Positions 12,251-24,546 of a DNA stretch of 52,136 nt are shown in pieces. The stretch is from positions 1 to 52,136 of the forward strand of contig MEDX01000013.1 in the NCBI GenBank assembly GCA_001724245.1. Reading direction: 5' to 3'. A program made the translations under genes and the position numbers. The notes below the pieces were generated by a model, which saw only the letters and a program-made list of their open reading frames with translations, had not been told where the DNA came from and made no database searches. This DNA comes from Fonticula-like sp. SCN 57-25. Its lineage: Eukaryota. Within the stretch, counting starts at the first letter, position 1. The number at the start of each line of letters is the position of its first letter.

Positions 12251-12491
12251 CGTCCTCGACGGTATTGATGACGGTAACGCTGACTGTGCATTACGATGAG
12301 ATTGTGTGGTCGTGACCGTAACGCTGACTGTTCGTTTCAGCTGAGATTTTGGGGCGCTGATTGGTTGCGTGGCTGCATTCCTCCCGCGTGTGTGGCACGC
12401 ACAGAAGTCGGGAAGCCGACCAGAGGCGATTTCAAGGGGCGCGAGCCGGCGAGCATCGTCTTTGCAGAGTGCTACGTTTTCGAGCCTGCCG

Positions 12492-14994
12492 ATGTCGTCC
12501 AGTAGCCCGGATATCAAGGAGCATGTGCGCCAATTTGCCCAGGCTGTGAGCGGCGTGAATCGGCTGATCCAGGTACGCATCACTTCGTCTCCCCCTTTTT
12601 GTGTCCCTGAACGTTGTAAAACAGCCTGGCACGGCCATCACCAAGGACCTTGTGCAGGAATCGAAATCCATGCTTGGAGACTTGCAGCGCCACATTGACG
12701 CGATTTCCAGCAGTGTTGCTAGCGCGTCCGAGATCACCTCGGCGCATCAGCAGCTGCAGTCGCATGTGGTTACCGTGATGCAGCGCATCCGCGCCAGCAC
12801 GCCTCAGTTTGTCTCTGAAGAGGAAGTCTCGCATCTTCGCCTTGTCATTGTCACGCTGAGTGGCGCCGTCAAGGCCTGCTGCGTCACCGGCCTCGTACGC
12901 CGCATGCCGCAGATGATTATGTTACTGACAGCTATTTATAGAATGATGGTCAACGCGCGTCGATCCTCCGCCGCCTGAGCACGAGCATCTTGTCGTCCCA
13001 GGCCAAGTCCACTTCGCCGACGTCCACCTTGGCCCCCGCGCCGCTCACCGTCCTTGAAGAGGAGGGCGACGACGAGTACACGCTCAAGCTGAAACGCACC
13101 GGCTTTGAGCACCGCAGCGCCAACGGCAGCATCGTGCACCTCACGGCCGAGGCGCTGCCGCCGTCGCTCGACCTGAGCAACCTCGCCGAAATTTTCCAGC
13201 GCTTCGAGATGGGCAACCAGAGCGGCGGCGCCGCTTCAAACCTGCACCGCTCGGCCCCGTCGCTGAACGACCCAAGCGCTGCCGCACTCGCTCCCGAGCC
13301 GACGCCGACCACGACGCGCCGCGCGTCCTATTCGGCGGCGCAGGGCGCGCCGGCGGCGCCCATCAAGAAGCGCATCTCGTCGTCCAACCTCGCGTACGGC
13401 CCGCCGTCCATCAAGCGCGACGTGCCGCACGTCTCGTACAACCACGCGACGGTCACCACCGAAAAGATGCAGCAGGATTTCAAGTCGTACCTCCCGGCAT
13501 TTGCCCAGGCGTCGTCCAGCCTCACCATTTGGTTCTCGCGGCTCGCCGCCAAGCCAGAGTGCGCAAAACGCCGTCTTTTATTGTGATTTGTGCTGAATAT
13601 TATATTTGTTTTTTGTCAACAGGACGCTTGCGACTGTGCTTCCCGTTGGCAGAAACACGGTGCAAGAGCTGGTCGCGCAGGTGTCGGCGCTGTGCGCGCT
13701 GTCGCAGTCGTCGACCTTTTCGCTTGACGAGCTGTGCGCGTCGCTCATCGAAGAGTTCGAGGCGCTCGAGCGCAACGCCGAGACGGCCGACGCCGCGGTG
13801 GTCGCCGACGCGGTTGCGCGCATCCAAAAGATCACTTTCTTGCTAGCGGGCGGCATCAAGATGATGATTACGCTCAACGTGCTGCTCAAGCGCCAGTCGG
13901 TACGCCATGGCAATGGGAATGGAATGGTTGCTGATGATGAGTAGATCTTTCAGGGGTGGAAAAAGGAGCGCGCGAGGCTGCCGTCGATGCCCGACCAGAG
14001 CGTTAAAAAGGTCATCAGGCTCATGCTCGTCGGCAACCAATGTACGCACTCTTGTACAACGATCCATTACATGTACTATACAATGCTTGCCATCAGTATC
14101 AGAATGGGCATCAGTATCAGTATCAGTATCATTGTTGTCATTGTCATTGTCATTGTCAGTATCAGTGTCAGTATCAGTATCAGAATCAGAATCAGAATCA
14201 GTATCATTATCAGTATCAATGTCTTTTCAGTATCAGTTCCTCTTTCCTTTCTTTTCGCCTCTTTCCCTTTCTTGTTCCTCGCTCACTCTCCTCGCAGCCG
14301 CCGGCAAGACAAGTCTCATTCGCGCCTTTTGCAAGGCCCCCTTTGAGCCCGAAGGCGCCCCCACGCACGGCGTCGAACTCCGCGTCTACAAGGCCATGAT
14401 TGGCGACGAGCTCATGGAGCTCCAAATCCTCGACGCCACCGGCAACCCGCTGCTGCGCGGCTCGTACGACCCCTTTTACTCTGTCGTGGAAGGCGTTTTT
14501 ATCGTGTACGACGCGTCGGACGCGTCGGCGCCGGCCGAGGAGGCGCTCGACTCGTGGATGGCCGAAGTGGCGCCTTATTCGTTCCTGCAGCCGCTTATTG
14601 TGGGGAACAAGGCGGACACGGCGGAGCAGGTGGCGGCGGCGGACGAGAGGGGGAAGGCGATTATGGAGAGGTATGGCGTGCCGCATATTGCTGTGAGCTG
14701 CAAGGAAAATATCAACATTGACGAGGCATTCCTCATCCTGCTTCAGTACGTAAATTTGTTTATTGGCTCATTTTTGGCATGTTTTTGGCATGTTTTTGGG
14801 GATTTTATGGTTCTATTGGTACTTTTTTCTTCTTTTTTCCCACTTTTCCCCCTCTTCTACCATATCATAAAACTAACTATTTTTTCAGTAATGTGAATGA
14901 TAGCGGTATCATGGACGAGCACAAGGAAAGGGCCGCCCGCGCGGCCGACGAGACCACTCAGGTCGACAAGTACACGTTCGTGACGCGGTCATGA
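12492..14994 (+). CDS. Large protein with a C-terminal Rab-like small GTPase domain and two N-terminal helical repeats
   Basis: Introns 12573-12624, 12895-12941, 13559-13622, 13900-13944, 14042-14297 and 14746-14888 give one open frame. G1 GNQSAGKTS (split by an intron), G2 PTHG, G3 ILDATG, G4 GNKAD, G5 SCK. Confidence 0.8.
14092..14223 (+). repeat. Degenerate hexamer tandem repeat (ATCAGT/ATTGTC/ATCAGA) inside an intron
   Basis: About 20 imperfect 6-bp units are visible. They produce the spurious SISI/YQYQ/SVSV ORF tracts. Confidence 0.85.
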
Positions 14995-15526
14995 CGCTCT
15001 TTACATCATCAACAACACACGAATTCACGCCATTTGCATCTGTCGAGCCGGGCCGCGCAGGACGCGCTCGCTCACCCTTCAATTGTCAATCCACTTTCAT
15101 CGCTGTCTTTTCATTACAACGTTCATCTATCTTTTCATTACAGCTTTCACTGTTGCCTTTTATACATACACACTGGTCTATCTCTGTCGCTCTTGTCGCT
15201 GTCTGTGCGTTTGCCCTACCTTATTCTCTCTGTTGTCTGCCATAGGACGCCCGGCACTAGACGCCGCCGGCCGCCGTGCGCGCCATCATATCAATACACA
15301 CGCCACGAGGTGAGCTGCTGCTGCTGTATTATTGCAGGGAAAGGGGGGTGGAAGAAGAGATAATGTTTACATATGCCCATATGCAGGGGCGGCCACAGTG
15401 ACGAAAATACATGAAAAAAACAGCCGTCCACCTCGAAAGAGCATGGAAAGCGTGTGTGCGATATAGGAAAAAGAACGAAAACAATCAACTGACAGCACTT
15501 CTAAAGGGACTTTTATCCACTTCTCC

Positions 15527-18500
15527 TTACTTGTTCTCCCTTGGCTCGCACTGGAGCGAGCACGCGTAGAGCTGGTTCTCGTCCTGCATGACCGCGGGCG
15601 CTTTCAAAAACTCCTTGATCATCTGCGACGACCTTGTGAGCTGGAAGCTGTACCGCGCCATCTGGTACACCTGCATGCGCAGCACGCGCTGAGCAACCAT
15701 GCGCAGCTTGCCCATATTGATGAGGTTTCCCTTGAACTTTTTCGGGTTTCCGTCGTTGAGGAAGGTGAGGTCGCGCAAAAAGAGGCCGATGAACGGCACG
15801 ATCGGCCCCGGCCGCGGCTCCTTGTCAATCTCGGCAATGATGGTGCGGTAGCGCCTGTAGTTGTAGGCCGACGCCATGAGCTCCTCCATCTGGTGCAGCG
15901 TGTCCACGTGCTTGGCGGCGACGAGCGACCACGTCTTCTTGAGGCGGCGCACCGACGCGTTGTTGAGGCCAGACAGGATCGCCATCATGCCGTTGAAATT
16001 TTTCAGCCGGTGGCTCTCCTTGAGCACCTTTACAAAGTTTTCCACGATAAGGGCGCGCTTCTTGACATTGGGCTGCTTGACAATCGTCGTGGCGGTGAAG
16101 AAGGACATGCGGTTGAACCACTCGATCATGTCGTTGAGGCGCTGCGACTGAGGCCCGTTGCCCTCCCACAGCCGCGACACAAACTCGACCGGAGCAATGG
16201 CTACAAACAGCGCGTGGTCGGCGAGCGCGAGCTGGCGCGCAAACTCGCGCGGCTCAAAGCGCGTAAACTCCATTGTGATTGGCTTGGGCGGCTCCTTGAT
16301 CGAGTTGACGAGCTCGGCGGCGCGCAGGGCCTCCTGGCGCTCCGACACGATGCGGCGGAGGCGCTCCGTCAGCGCCGCCATGGCAGTGCTCGAGCGCTCG
16401 GCAAAGTCGAGGAACTCCATGAGCACGGCGTACGCCTGCGCGTCGTTGGCAAAGTCGCTCCAGTAGTTGTCGATCCACTTTTTAACGACGCTGACCGTGC
16501 GAACCTGGATCACGGCCGCCCACTGGTTGTAGTAGGCGAGCTGCTCGGGCGTCGCACACGGCGGCGGCAGCACGTTGAAGCGGCCGAAAAGGCGCTCCAT
16601 GAGCGAGCTCGCGCTGATGACGTGGCGGTACGACAGCAGGAAAATGTCAATGTAGCTCGTGTCGGGGTGGCTCTCGTCGGCAAGGCGCGCAATAAGCATC
16701 TCGAGCGAGCCGGCGGTGATGTTGTACTCGTCAACGCGGCCGCTGTCGTCCATGTGGAACTGCACGATAATGTCTTCGTCGTCCTGCGCGAGCATCACGA
16801 CGCCGGGCGCAGCGCGCTCCTCGTCCTTGTCAAAGCCGTCATTCACGGCAAAGCGCTTCATTTCTTCCTCATTGAGCAGCTTGCCGTCCTTGGGCGGCGC
16901 GACGGGGCCTGCGGCGGGGTTGATGTTCTTCACCTGGTGCGGGAACAGGAACGACATGCGGTGCTTTACGGCCGCCGCCTGCGCCGCCTTGATCTCGGCG
17001 GGCGTCTCGAGCGGCTTGGTGTACACGGGGACCGGCTCGAGCACGCGCGGCGACGCGCTGGGAGCAGAAGCGTCGGTCGCCGGCGCGGGGCCAGTCTTCT
17101 TGAGATCCTCTGTCACGCGCTCGAGCGCAATGCTAAACTCTTGCTCGCTCTGCAGGCGCGCGTTGGCGATCTGCAGCGCCACGGGGTCAGCTTCCTCGAC
17201 CACCTTGCCCTTGATCGTCCGCCGCATCGGCATCAGCGACGCGCGGCGACGCGCGCCCAGCGAAAAGCCCTCGTCAACGTCGTCTTCGTCGTCAGAGTCG
17301 GACTCGGCGGCAGGGGCGGCGGCGGGGGCAGCGTCGGCCGCCGTGTCGTTGGCCGACGAGACCGGGCAGGTGGGCGCCGTAGGTGACGACGGCCCCGACG
17401 ACATGTGTGACGCGTGCGCGCGGCCCTCCTCGACCAGGTAATAGTCGCGCATGTTGTCCATGACGCGGATCCAGCGGTCGCGCTCGGCCGTGTCGTTGGC
17501 GCGCGCGCGCAGCACGCGGTCGCCCTGCTGGATGCGGAAGGCGTCGGGGCCCTCAGGAACATAATCGCAGCCCTCGAGGTCGATCTCGAGCAGCGACTCT
17601 TTCGAGACCTCGGACGAGTACGCGTTGAGGTAAAAGTCGTCGTCGAGGACGAAATAGAGGCGCGTCGGGACGGGGCCGTCGATGCGCGTGAGGAAGCCGC
17701 TGCGCGTGAAGCGGCTGTGCGAGTCGCTCGTTTCGGCCGACGCGTCGCTGCCTTCCCGCTGGTGCAGCGAGTGGTTCGACCCGCTACCCGAGTGAAGGTG
17801 CGAGTACATAGCGGCCGCCACGGCGACAGGCGACGCGACGTCCAGGGCGACCGACCGCCGGCGGCCGAGGATGCCAGCGTGAGCCGCATCGGGCGACCCG
17901 CGGGCGCCGGCGCGCGCGTCGCTCGAAAACGAGTCGGACGAGCTCAGCGACGAAGCAGAGCCAAAGGCGCCAGTCATACGCTTCATGCTGCCGCCAGACT
18001 GCGCACTCGCCGCAGCCTCCACCAAGTCGGTGCGCTCGGCGCTCAGCGAGCGGGCAAGCGAGCCGGTCGACGATGTACGCTGCAGAGACGGCATGCTCGT
18101 GTTGCGGACAGACTTGCGGCCAAACAGGGAAAAGCGCGCCTTGTTGAAGGAATGGTTCGCATCGCCGCCCATCTCGGACGCCTCACGGCGCACCTTGTCC
18201 TTGTCGTACGGCGGCGGGATCGCAAGCACGCGCTTCATCGACGCGTTGCGCACGTGCAGGTCGGGCAGCGAGGCCTCGACCGCGTCGCTCAGGTAGTCGG
18301 TCAGGCGAACCTTGAGCGTCATCACATTCGTAGGCTTGTCGAGGTCAACGCGCAGCGGCATCGCGCGAACATTAGGCTCGGACTCGAGGCCGTGCGCTGC
18401 AGCAAAGTCAGTAGGCTGTTTAAAGTACAAGGGCGGGCGTACCTTCGTCGAGCGAGTCGACGGCCATGGACTGTATGCTGCCCATGCTGGGGCGCAGGAT

Positions 18501-19194
18501 GGTGCTCCCCCAGCGCGGCATGGTCGACTTGCTGAGCGCGCGAATCCAGTTGTGCGCCGAGTCCTTGTCGGGCGCCACGAGAAAGTGCGCGCGGCCGTCG
18601 AGCATGTGGTACAGCTTGATGGCGCATTTTTCCTTGATCTCGTCCTCGGCGCTGCGCACCTTGAAGCCAAGAAGGGAAATGGCGCCGCGGGCGGTGCCGA
18701 ACTCATCGTTGAAGCAAAACAAAACGTCCTCGCGGATAACAAAGTAGCGCAGATGCCACGCATCATTCGCGTCACCGGCGTGGGCAAGCCAGCCTTCAAG
18801 CGAAGCGCCCACAACCTCTTTCGAATGGATATCGAGCACGGGCACGCGAGTAATCTGAATAGCAGCATTGCCCTTTTCCTACACGCGCCAGTTAGATATG
18901 CAGCGGCGCAACACACGGGCTGAGACGTACGACAGAAATGGTCCGCGACCGCTTGCGCGACCACGTCGAGCCATCCTTGAGCCGCGTGACGATCGTCTCG
19001 TCCTGCTCGGCCTCGAGCCACGACTCGCAGTCGTCCAGGTGGTTGGACCAGTGGTCCGTCTGGCACGAAATCTTGGTGCAATAGTGATTAATTAGGTGGC
19101 ATCCCGTGCATTCAAATGACAGCGTGGCCAGCTCCTTGCACGCATCGCAAAACGAAGGGGGCGGCGGCAGCGCGTCCACGGAAAAGGTGCTCAT
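15527..19194 (-). CDS. Ras guanine-nucleotide exchange factor: MYND-like Zn finger, PH, PH, REM, CDC25
   Basis: CDC25 motifs FARQLALADH, LKNFNGMMAILSGLN and PIVPFIGLFLRDLTFLNDGNP. REM motif AGSLEMLIARL..YIDIFLLSYR. PH motifs LEGWL..WHLRYFVI and RSGFLTR..ERDRWIRVM. Introns 18879-18930 and 18397-18442. Confidence 0.9.
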
Positions 19195-20714
19195 GGCGGC
19201 AGAAAACACCGCTAAACGGCTCTACAGCAGGTAGCGCACAAATACACACGAGCGCCTTGAATAAGCCGCTCTTTAAATCACCAAATGCCCTGTTCGAGCG
19301 CGGCTAAATCGCGTCAACAAAAACAAGAGCACCGCTAAAGTCAACCAGCCAAGGATCGCCCAGAACGCTCACTCGACGGCTTCCTGTAGGTCAAAGTTTA
19401 AACGAAAGCTCACACCCAAGCCTCGCGATCACTTGCCTCTAGCAATGAGACGCGCACAGCGCGTTCTCTTTCGTGATCGTCGGCCGGTCTAGCCCGCGCC
19501 CCGTTGACAGTACAACAAAAGGCAAAGGCCCGCCGACACAGATCAAATTTGACCACCTGATTGGATAATCGCTATCCACGTGGTCATTCAATGGAATGGG
19601 AATGCCGACATGCGGAGAGAAAGCAGCGGCTGCGCGGGACTGCGCGCGTTCGCTGTTGGCCGTGACGGGCAGTGCACGCGAGTAAATGTAATGGAGGGAG
19701 AATGTATATGATACAGTGGGGTCACTGTTTGATATCGTGGGCGTGTACCGGGATCATGTACCTGTGGGTTCTGGAATTTGGTATGACGACATATTACAGC
19801 ATATCAAGTGGGTGATCACTGGTCAGACTCAAGCACGTCCTTGAACTCAGCTATTCGACAGGCTGCATGTGCACACATAAATGTATATCGTGCTTTGGGC
19901 CTGTGGGGACGGGCGACTGGCGCATTGTGTTTCAAGTTCGTCGCAAATGGTGCAGGACGCTTATGTAAAGGAAAAAGGGCCAACAAGAATGTAAAAGTGT
20001 TCACTACATTTATAAAATGTATACAAGTATGCACTCGGCAAAGGCATTGTGAATGCCATGATATGCGTGGGCGCGAGGCGTGCGGCAAAGCCGGCACAGT
20101 CTCTCGAAAATGGCCCGAGACGCAAAGCCGCAAAAGGCAGCGGGCGCAGCAAGCGAGAGTCAGCTTGCGCGCCTCCTACACGGAGCGTCAACGACATTCA
20201 CTGTGCCTGGACATTAAAAGTCCCCTTGATGCAGACATGACTTGTCAACGCTAAAGCGCCGAACAAGCAGAAAATGGAATCTTACTGCATGGTTCTGGAA
20301 GCGTCCACGTTAGTACAAAGGCATCAAATGAAAAAGATATATAATAGAATATTGGCCAAGTGTCCACGCCGATGGCAGGGAGGTAACCCGCCATCGCCTC
20401 TTTGCTTGACCGTTTTACTCTTGCAAGGTCATGAAACTAGCATAGGCCACGGGGGCGCCCAGCCAGCGATTATTCTTGCGACAAAACGCCATCCCACACA
20501 AATAGCACCCACACACGCCCACATGCTCACTCCCTCCACGGCCTATCATACGCACCCTTTACCGCGGCAGAGTCCTCGAGAAGCACTCCCACGCGGTCTT
20601 TCTCGAGGGAAAGGAAAAAGTGGCGGTGCCGCGTGCAAGGCAGGCCTTATATACCTGGCCCGGGGGATACAAATCAGTCTACCCGCTGATCGTCGGTTTC
20701 AAACATACACAGAG

Positions 20715-22889
20715 ATGGCGGCGACGGCGGCCGCATCGTTGCGAGGCATCCTCGATGCCTGGCCGGGGAGTATAGACGGCGTGCGGGAGGCACTGCTCGT
20801 AGCATTCCCTCCAGGCGAAGTCGATAAGGATGGATTTGTGCTTGGCGCACGCGAGAGGACACAGCTCGAGCTGAGCTTTCGCGAGCTCGTCTGGGACGAG
20901 ATGGTATGCCTACCTCGCCTCTACCTCCTGATGCTAATGCGCGCGCGAATAGGCGACCGAGGTTACAAGTGAGGACTGCCGCTTGACGCGCGTGCTTCTC
21001 ATGAGCGCGACGGCGGCGCAGCTCAAGCTGACGACGGACAATGCCCTGTCGCTCTTGTCCGATGCCCTCGACACGCAGACCACCGTCGCCTGCGAGCACA
21101 TCTTTGGCTTTCTCGAGCGCCACGCGGCTCTCTTCACAGCCGTACGCCCTTGAACTCTTTCTTACTGCCTTCCCTGTACTGACCTTCGCACAGGGCCTTG
21201 ATCCCGGCAAGGGAAAGGGCCTCGCTCTGCTCGCGCTCGTCAACACGCTCGTCCGCCGCCTCTCCAAGCGCCGCCAGACCGCCTTTTCTGGTCGCATCCG
21301 CTCCTTCCTTGCGAACGCCCTCCCTCTGACTGAGCGCTCTGGCGTGAACGCGAACGGCTCGTTCAACACGGACTCGATGGTCACGATCGACACTGAAGAT
21401 GCCGTGGCGCCCTCGACCGAGGACGGCGAGATCGGCGAAGGATCGCTCTACCGGACCTTTTGGGGCCTTCAGGCGTACTTTAGCGACCCGCGGCAGTGCT
21501 GGGACCCGGCCGGTCTGGCGCGCTTTTCGGAAGGCCTTGGGCAGGTGCTCGCGTACTTTGCGTCACACGCCACCGACGAGGGGCTCAACGCCGGCGCAAA
21601 GGTCGCGTCGCAGACGGCGCACCCGCCGAGCTCGCCGAGGAAGCGCGCGCGCACCGAAGACGGCGAGGCGGTGAGCGCGGCCGACGCAAAGGAGTCGCTC
21701 ACAGAGGCGTTCTTTCCAAAGTTTCTGTCGAGCGCGTCGCTGTTCCCGCTCGAGGTCCGCAGCGCGCCGTTCAGGCGGCAGTTTTTGCTGCAGGCGCTGC
21801 TGTTGCTAGAGCACCTGCTAGGGTGCGCGCCGTCGAAAAAGGCGCTTCTCGCAAAGGCACCGAACCAGCTTGCAGTGCCCAAGCTCACGCTCACCGAAAA
21901 GGCTGTACGTGCAAAAGTGAATACGTGTGTGGTTTATCGTGCTGTTTTGTGTGGTTTTTGTGTGCATTTGTAGCTCGATTTCCTTTTTGTTGTGTGTTTC
22001 TGTCACTTTCACCCCCCACTAACCTCTCTTTTCTCCACCTTTTCAGGAGGCCGAGCTTACTGCCCTTCGCGACGAGACGCGCCGCATAATGCAGGAGACT
22101 CCCCCCGACGGCGCCGCCTTCCTCGAGCTTGTCGACGAGCTTTTCCGCCGCGAGAGCCGCTGGGTAAAGTGGAAGCTCGACAACTGCAAGCCGTTCGAGC
22201 GCGCCGCCCCCGAAAACTTTTCGCTCCCGCTCGGCTCCTTCCGCCGCCCCAAGCTCGACCCCACCCAGGTGAACATGTCGAGCGCCGAGCTGAACCGCCT
22301 TTGGAACCTTCACCCCGACACGGACGCCTTTCTGCGCGACGAGAGCGAGGCGATGCAGGTGCCCACTGCCGCGTCGTTCCTGGACGCCCTCGTGCAGCAG
22401 CTCGACCCGGCCAATGGCATCGAGAAAGAGTACCTCTACAGCCGCGACCCCGTGTTTGTGTGGCGCGCGGTGCGCCTCGCGTCGCAGGAGATGCTCGACA
22501 AGCTGCCCGTGGGCGCGGCCGACGCGCTCGAGTGCAGCGACGGCGTCAAGCTGCCCAATATTGAGCTGACTGTTGCGCGGGTGAGCGAGGCGATGCAGAA
22601 GAAGGAGACGGCCGAGACGGAGCAGAGCGTTGCCGTCGAGCAGCAGGAGGAGCAGGGCGAGGAAAAGGCAAAGGAAGAAGAGCAGCAGGATGATGGACAT
22701 CAACAGCAGGTTGATGGTGATCAGCCGCAGAAGGATGACAAGGCCATGGAGGTTGAAGGCGAGAATGCCGAAGCCACTGTAGAGACGAGCGCAGAGGCGA
22801 ATGCGGATGTTGAGATGGACGCGCCGGCGCAGGAGGCAGAGGTCGTGTCGGAGGAGACGCTCGAGGACGACACGCAGGGGGATCAGTAG
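20715..22889 (+). CDS. THOC1: THO complex subunit 1 (Hpr1)
   Basis: LVRRLSK..TAFSGRIRSFLANALPLTERSGVN, YRTFWGLQAYFSDP, FFPKFLSS, RESRWVKWK.DNC. Introns 20904-20952, 21142-21193 and 21905-22046. Confidence 0.92.
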
Positions 22890-23118
22890 CCGCTCTTGCG
22901 TTTTTTGATTACTTTTTTGTACATAACACGCATGTATCTCGGTAAATATACATTGTACGTTCATACTCAAGGTGTTTTATGTGCTTGCGACGCGCTGCCA
23001 CGATTCTTTTGTTGTACTTTATGGTCACTTTTGGTCACATCTCGCCCCTTTTGACACACTTTCACTCTCACATTTCTTTGTCACTGTTCTTTATTGCATG
23101 ACTGCACAGGTCAGCTGC

Positions 23119-24248
23119 TTACCAGATGAAAGGAATGAGGATCTTGCGGTTGCGCGGGTAATCCTTAAAGTCCTTGCGGTACGCCTTGTGCTTCTTGATG
23201 GCCCAGAGCGCCATCTGGACGCCACCGACGACGGCAAAGAGCGCCGCGACGTACGACTGCGAGATGATGGCAAAGGCGATCCAGCCGAGGATCTCAAACG
23301 TGTAGTTGGGGCAGGAGACGAGGTTGAAGCCATAGCCGTACGGGATCGTGCGCTCCTTGGAGCCCGGCTTGCGGAGGCCGCGCAGGATGATGTGGGTGGT
23401 GAGGTTGGACACCTGGGCAAAGAACCAAACGCCGGTCAGGAGGTTGATGTACAGCTCGTTCTGCATCGTCACGTGCGACGGGCGGTAAAGCTCGATCGCG
23501 GTGAAGAGGCCGCCGAGGATCCAGTAGTGGGCAGAGTTCTTGAACAGGTTCATGATGGGCATCGTGGCGTGCGAGAAGCGGTGGACAAAGACAGACTCGA
23601 ACTCGCGCTTCATAAAGTGGGCAACAAACATGATCAAAAGCTGCCTATTAAGCGGTAATTGTTAGGGGAAATGAAGGACGGCGAACAAAGGGACGCACTG
23701 CTTGATGCTGTCGAGCTTGACGCCATAGTAGTACTCGTAGCCAAAGTACACGATGAGGTGGAAGAGCATCGGGCCGGCGTACTCGACGACAAACACCTTG
23801 CGGTAGTCAACCTGCGGGCCTAAAAAGGGGGAAAGAGAGGTGAGAACGAGCGGCGAAGAGCTTGCGGCGGCGAACCGAGATCCTTGCAGACGATGCGCTC
23901 TGCGGGGGTGATGGTCAGTAAAACGCGGGAAAGTAAAGTAAGGCGCACCGTCCTGCTTGAGCTCAAGCTGGGCGAGGAACTGCTCATCGCGCAGAACATC
24001 CTTCTTGTTGGCTGGCGGTACTGTGAGCGGTACGAAAAAGAGGCATGCCGGCACGTACCGCGCTCGACCGACAGGCGCTGGCGCGTCGTGTACATGCTCT
24101 TGTCTGATGCGAGGCATTAGCGCTACCCACTTCAACTATCTAAAACCATACACTTCTTGGCGTAGGCCGCCTTGAGGTCAGCCACCGAGGCACCATTGTC
24201 GAGCTCAAACTCGTCGACCTTCTGGCCGCGCTGCACCGTCACCTTCAT
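23119..24248 (-). CDS. TECR: Very-long-chain trans-2,3-enoyl-CoA reductase (Tsc13)
   Basis: KDLGPQV.YRKVFVVEYAGP, KREFESVFVHRFSHATMP, VSCPNYTFE. Introns 24104-24151, 24012-24058, 23900-23948, 23820-23875 and 23645-23698. Confidence 0.93.
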
Positions 24249-24546
24249 CGTCTCCTTTTTTGCGAGGTTGGGGCAGTGTCGTTACGGCCACGTGGTGTAA
24301 TCCGGGGTGGATTTTGAGGTGCGATTTGGATCGTCTCTGACGCGTCTGATCTGGCGACACTACTGCCGCATCGTGCGACATAATTGGCATAAAAAAAGAG
24401 TAGCACATTGCATACAGTACATTAATCACAACCGCGCGCTCATCCTGCGCGCTAAATGAGCTACAAACTGACCAGAACATAAAGAAAACACATATGCACG
24501 CCGGTCGGGCGGGCCCATAAGGCGGCCCCGCCCCCCTTTCCCTACT

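Noticed and set aside
13987..14399. SISI / YQYQ / HCHC low-complexity ORFs
   Set aside because: Translations of the intronic hexamer repeat.
754..18535. Long antisense and alternate-frame ORFs (e.g. 2044-3321+, 6752-7813+, 10346-11530+, 15893-17386+, 17414-18535+)
   Set aside because: Shadows of GC-rich codon usage opposite real genes, with no recognisable motifs.
20667..20682. ATACAAATCAGTCTA resembling RNase P CR-V
   Set aside because: No complementary CR-I (GACTGA) upstream to form P4. It is better explained as the AATCAG promoter motif.
20645..20700. TACCTGGC...GGGGGATAC resembling the U1 snRNA 5' end
   Set aside because: No ACTTACCTG, no GATCACGAAG or ATTGCAC loops, no Sm site, and it would overlap the THOC1 start.
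19808..20714. ORFs in the RasGEF-THOC1 gap, including the 5' extension of ORF 20274-20972
   Set aside because: Non-genic codon usage, no motifs and no consensus introns.
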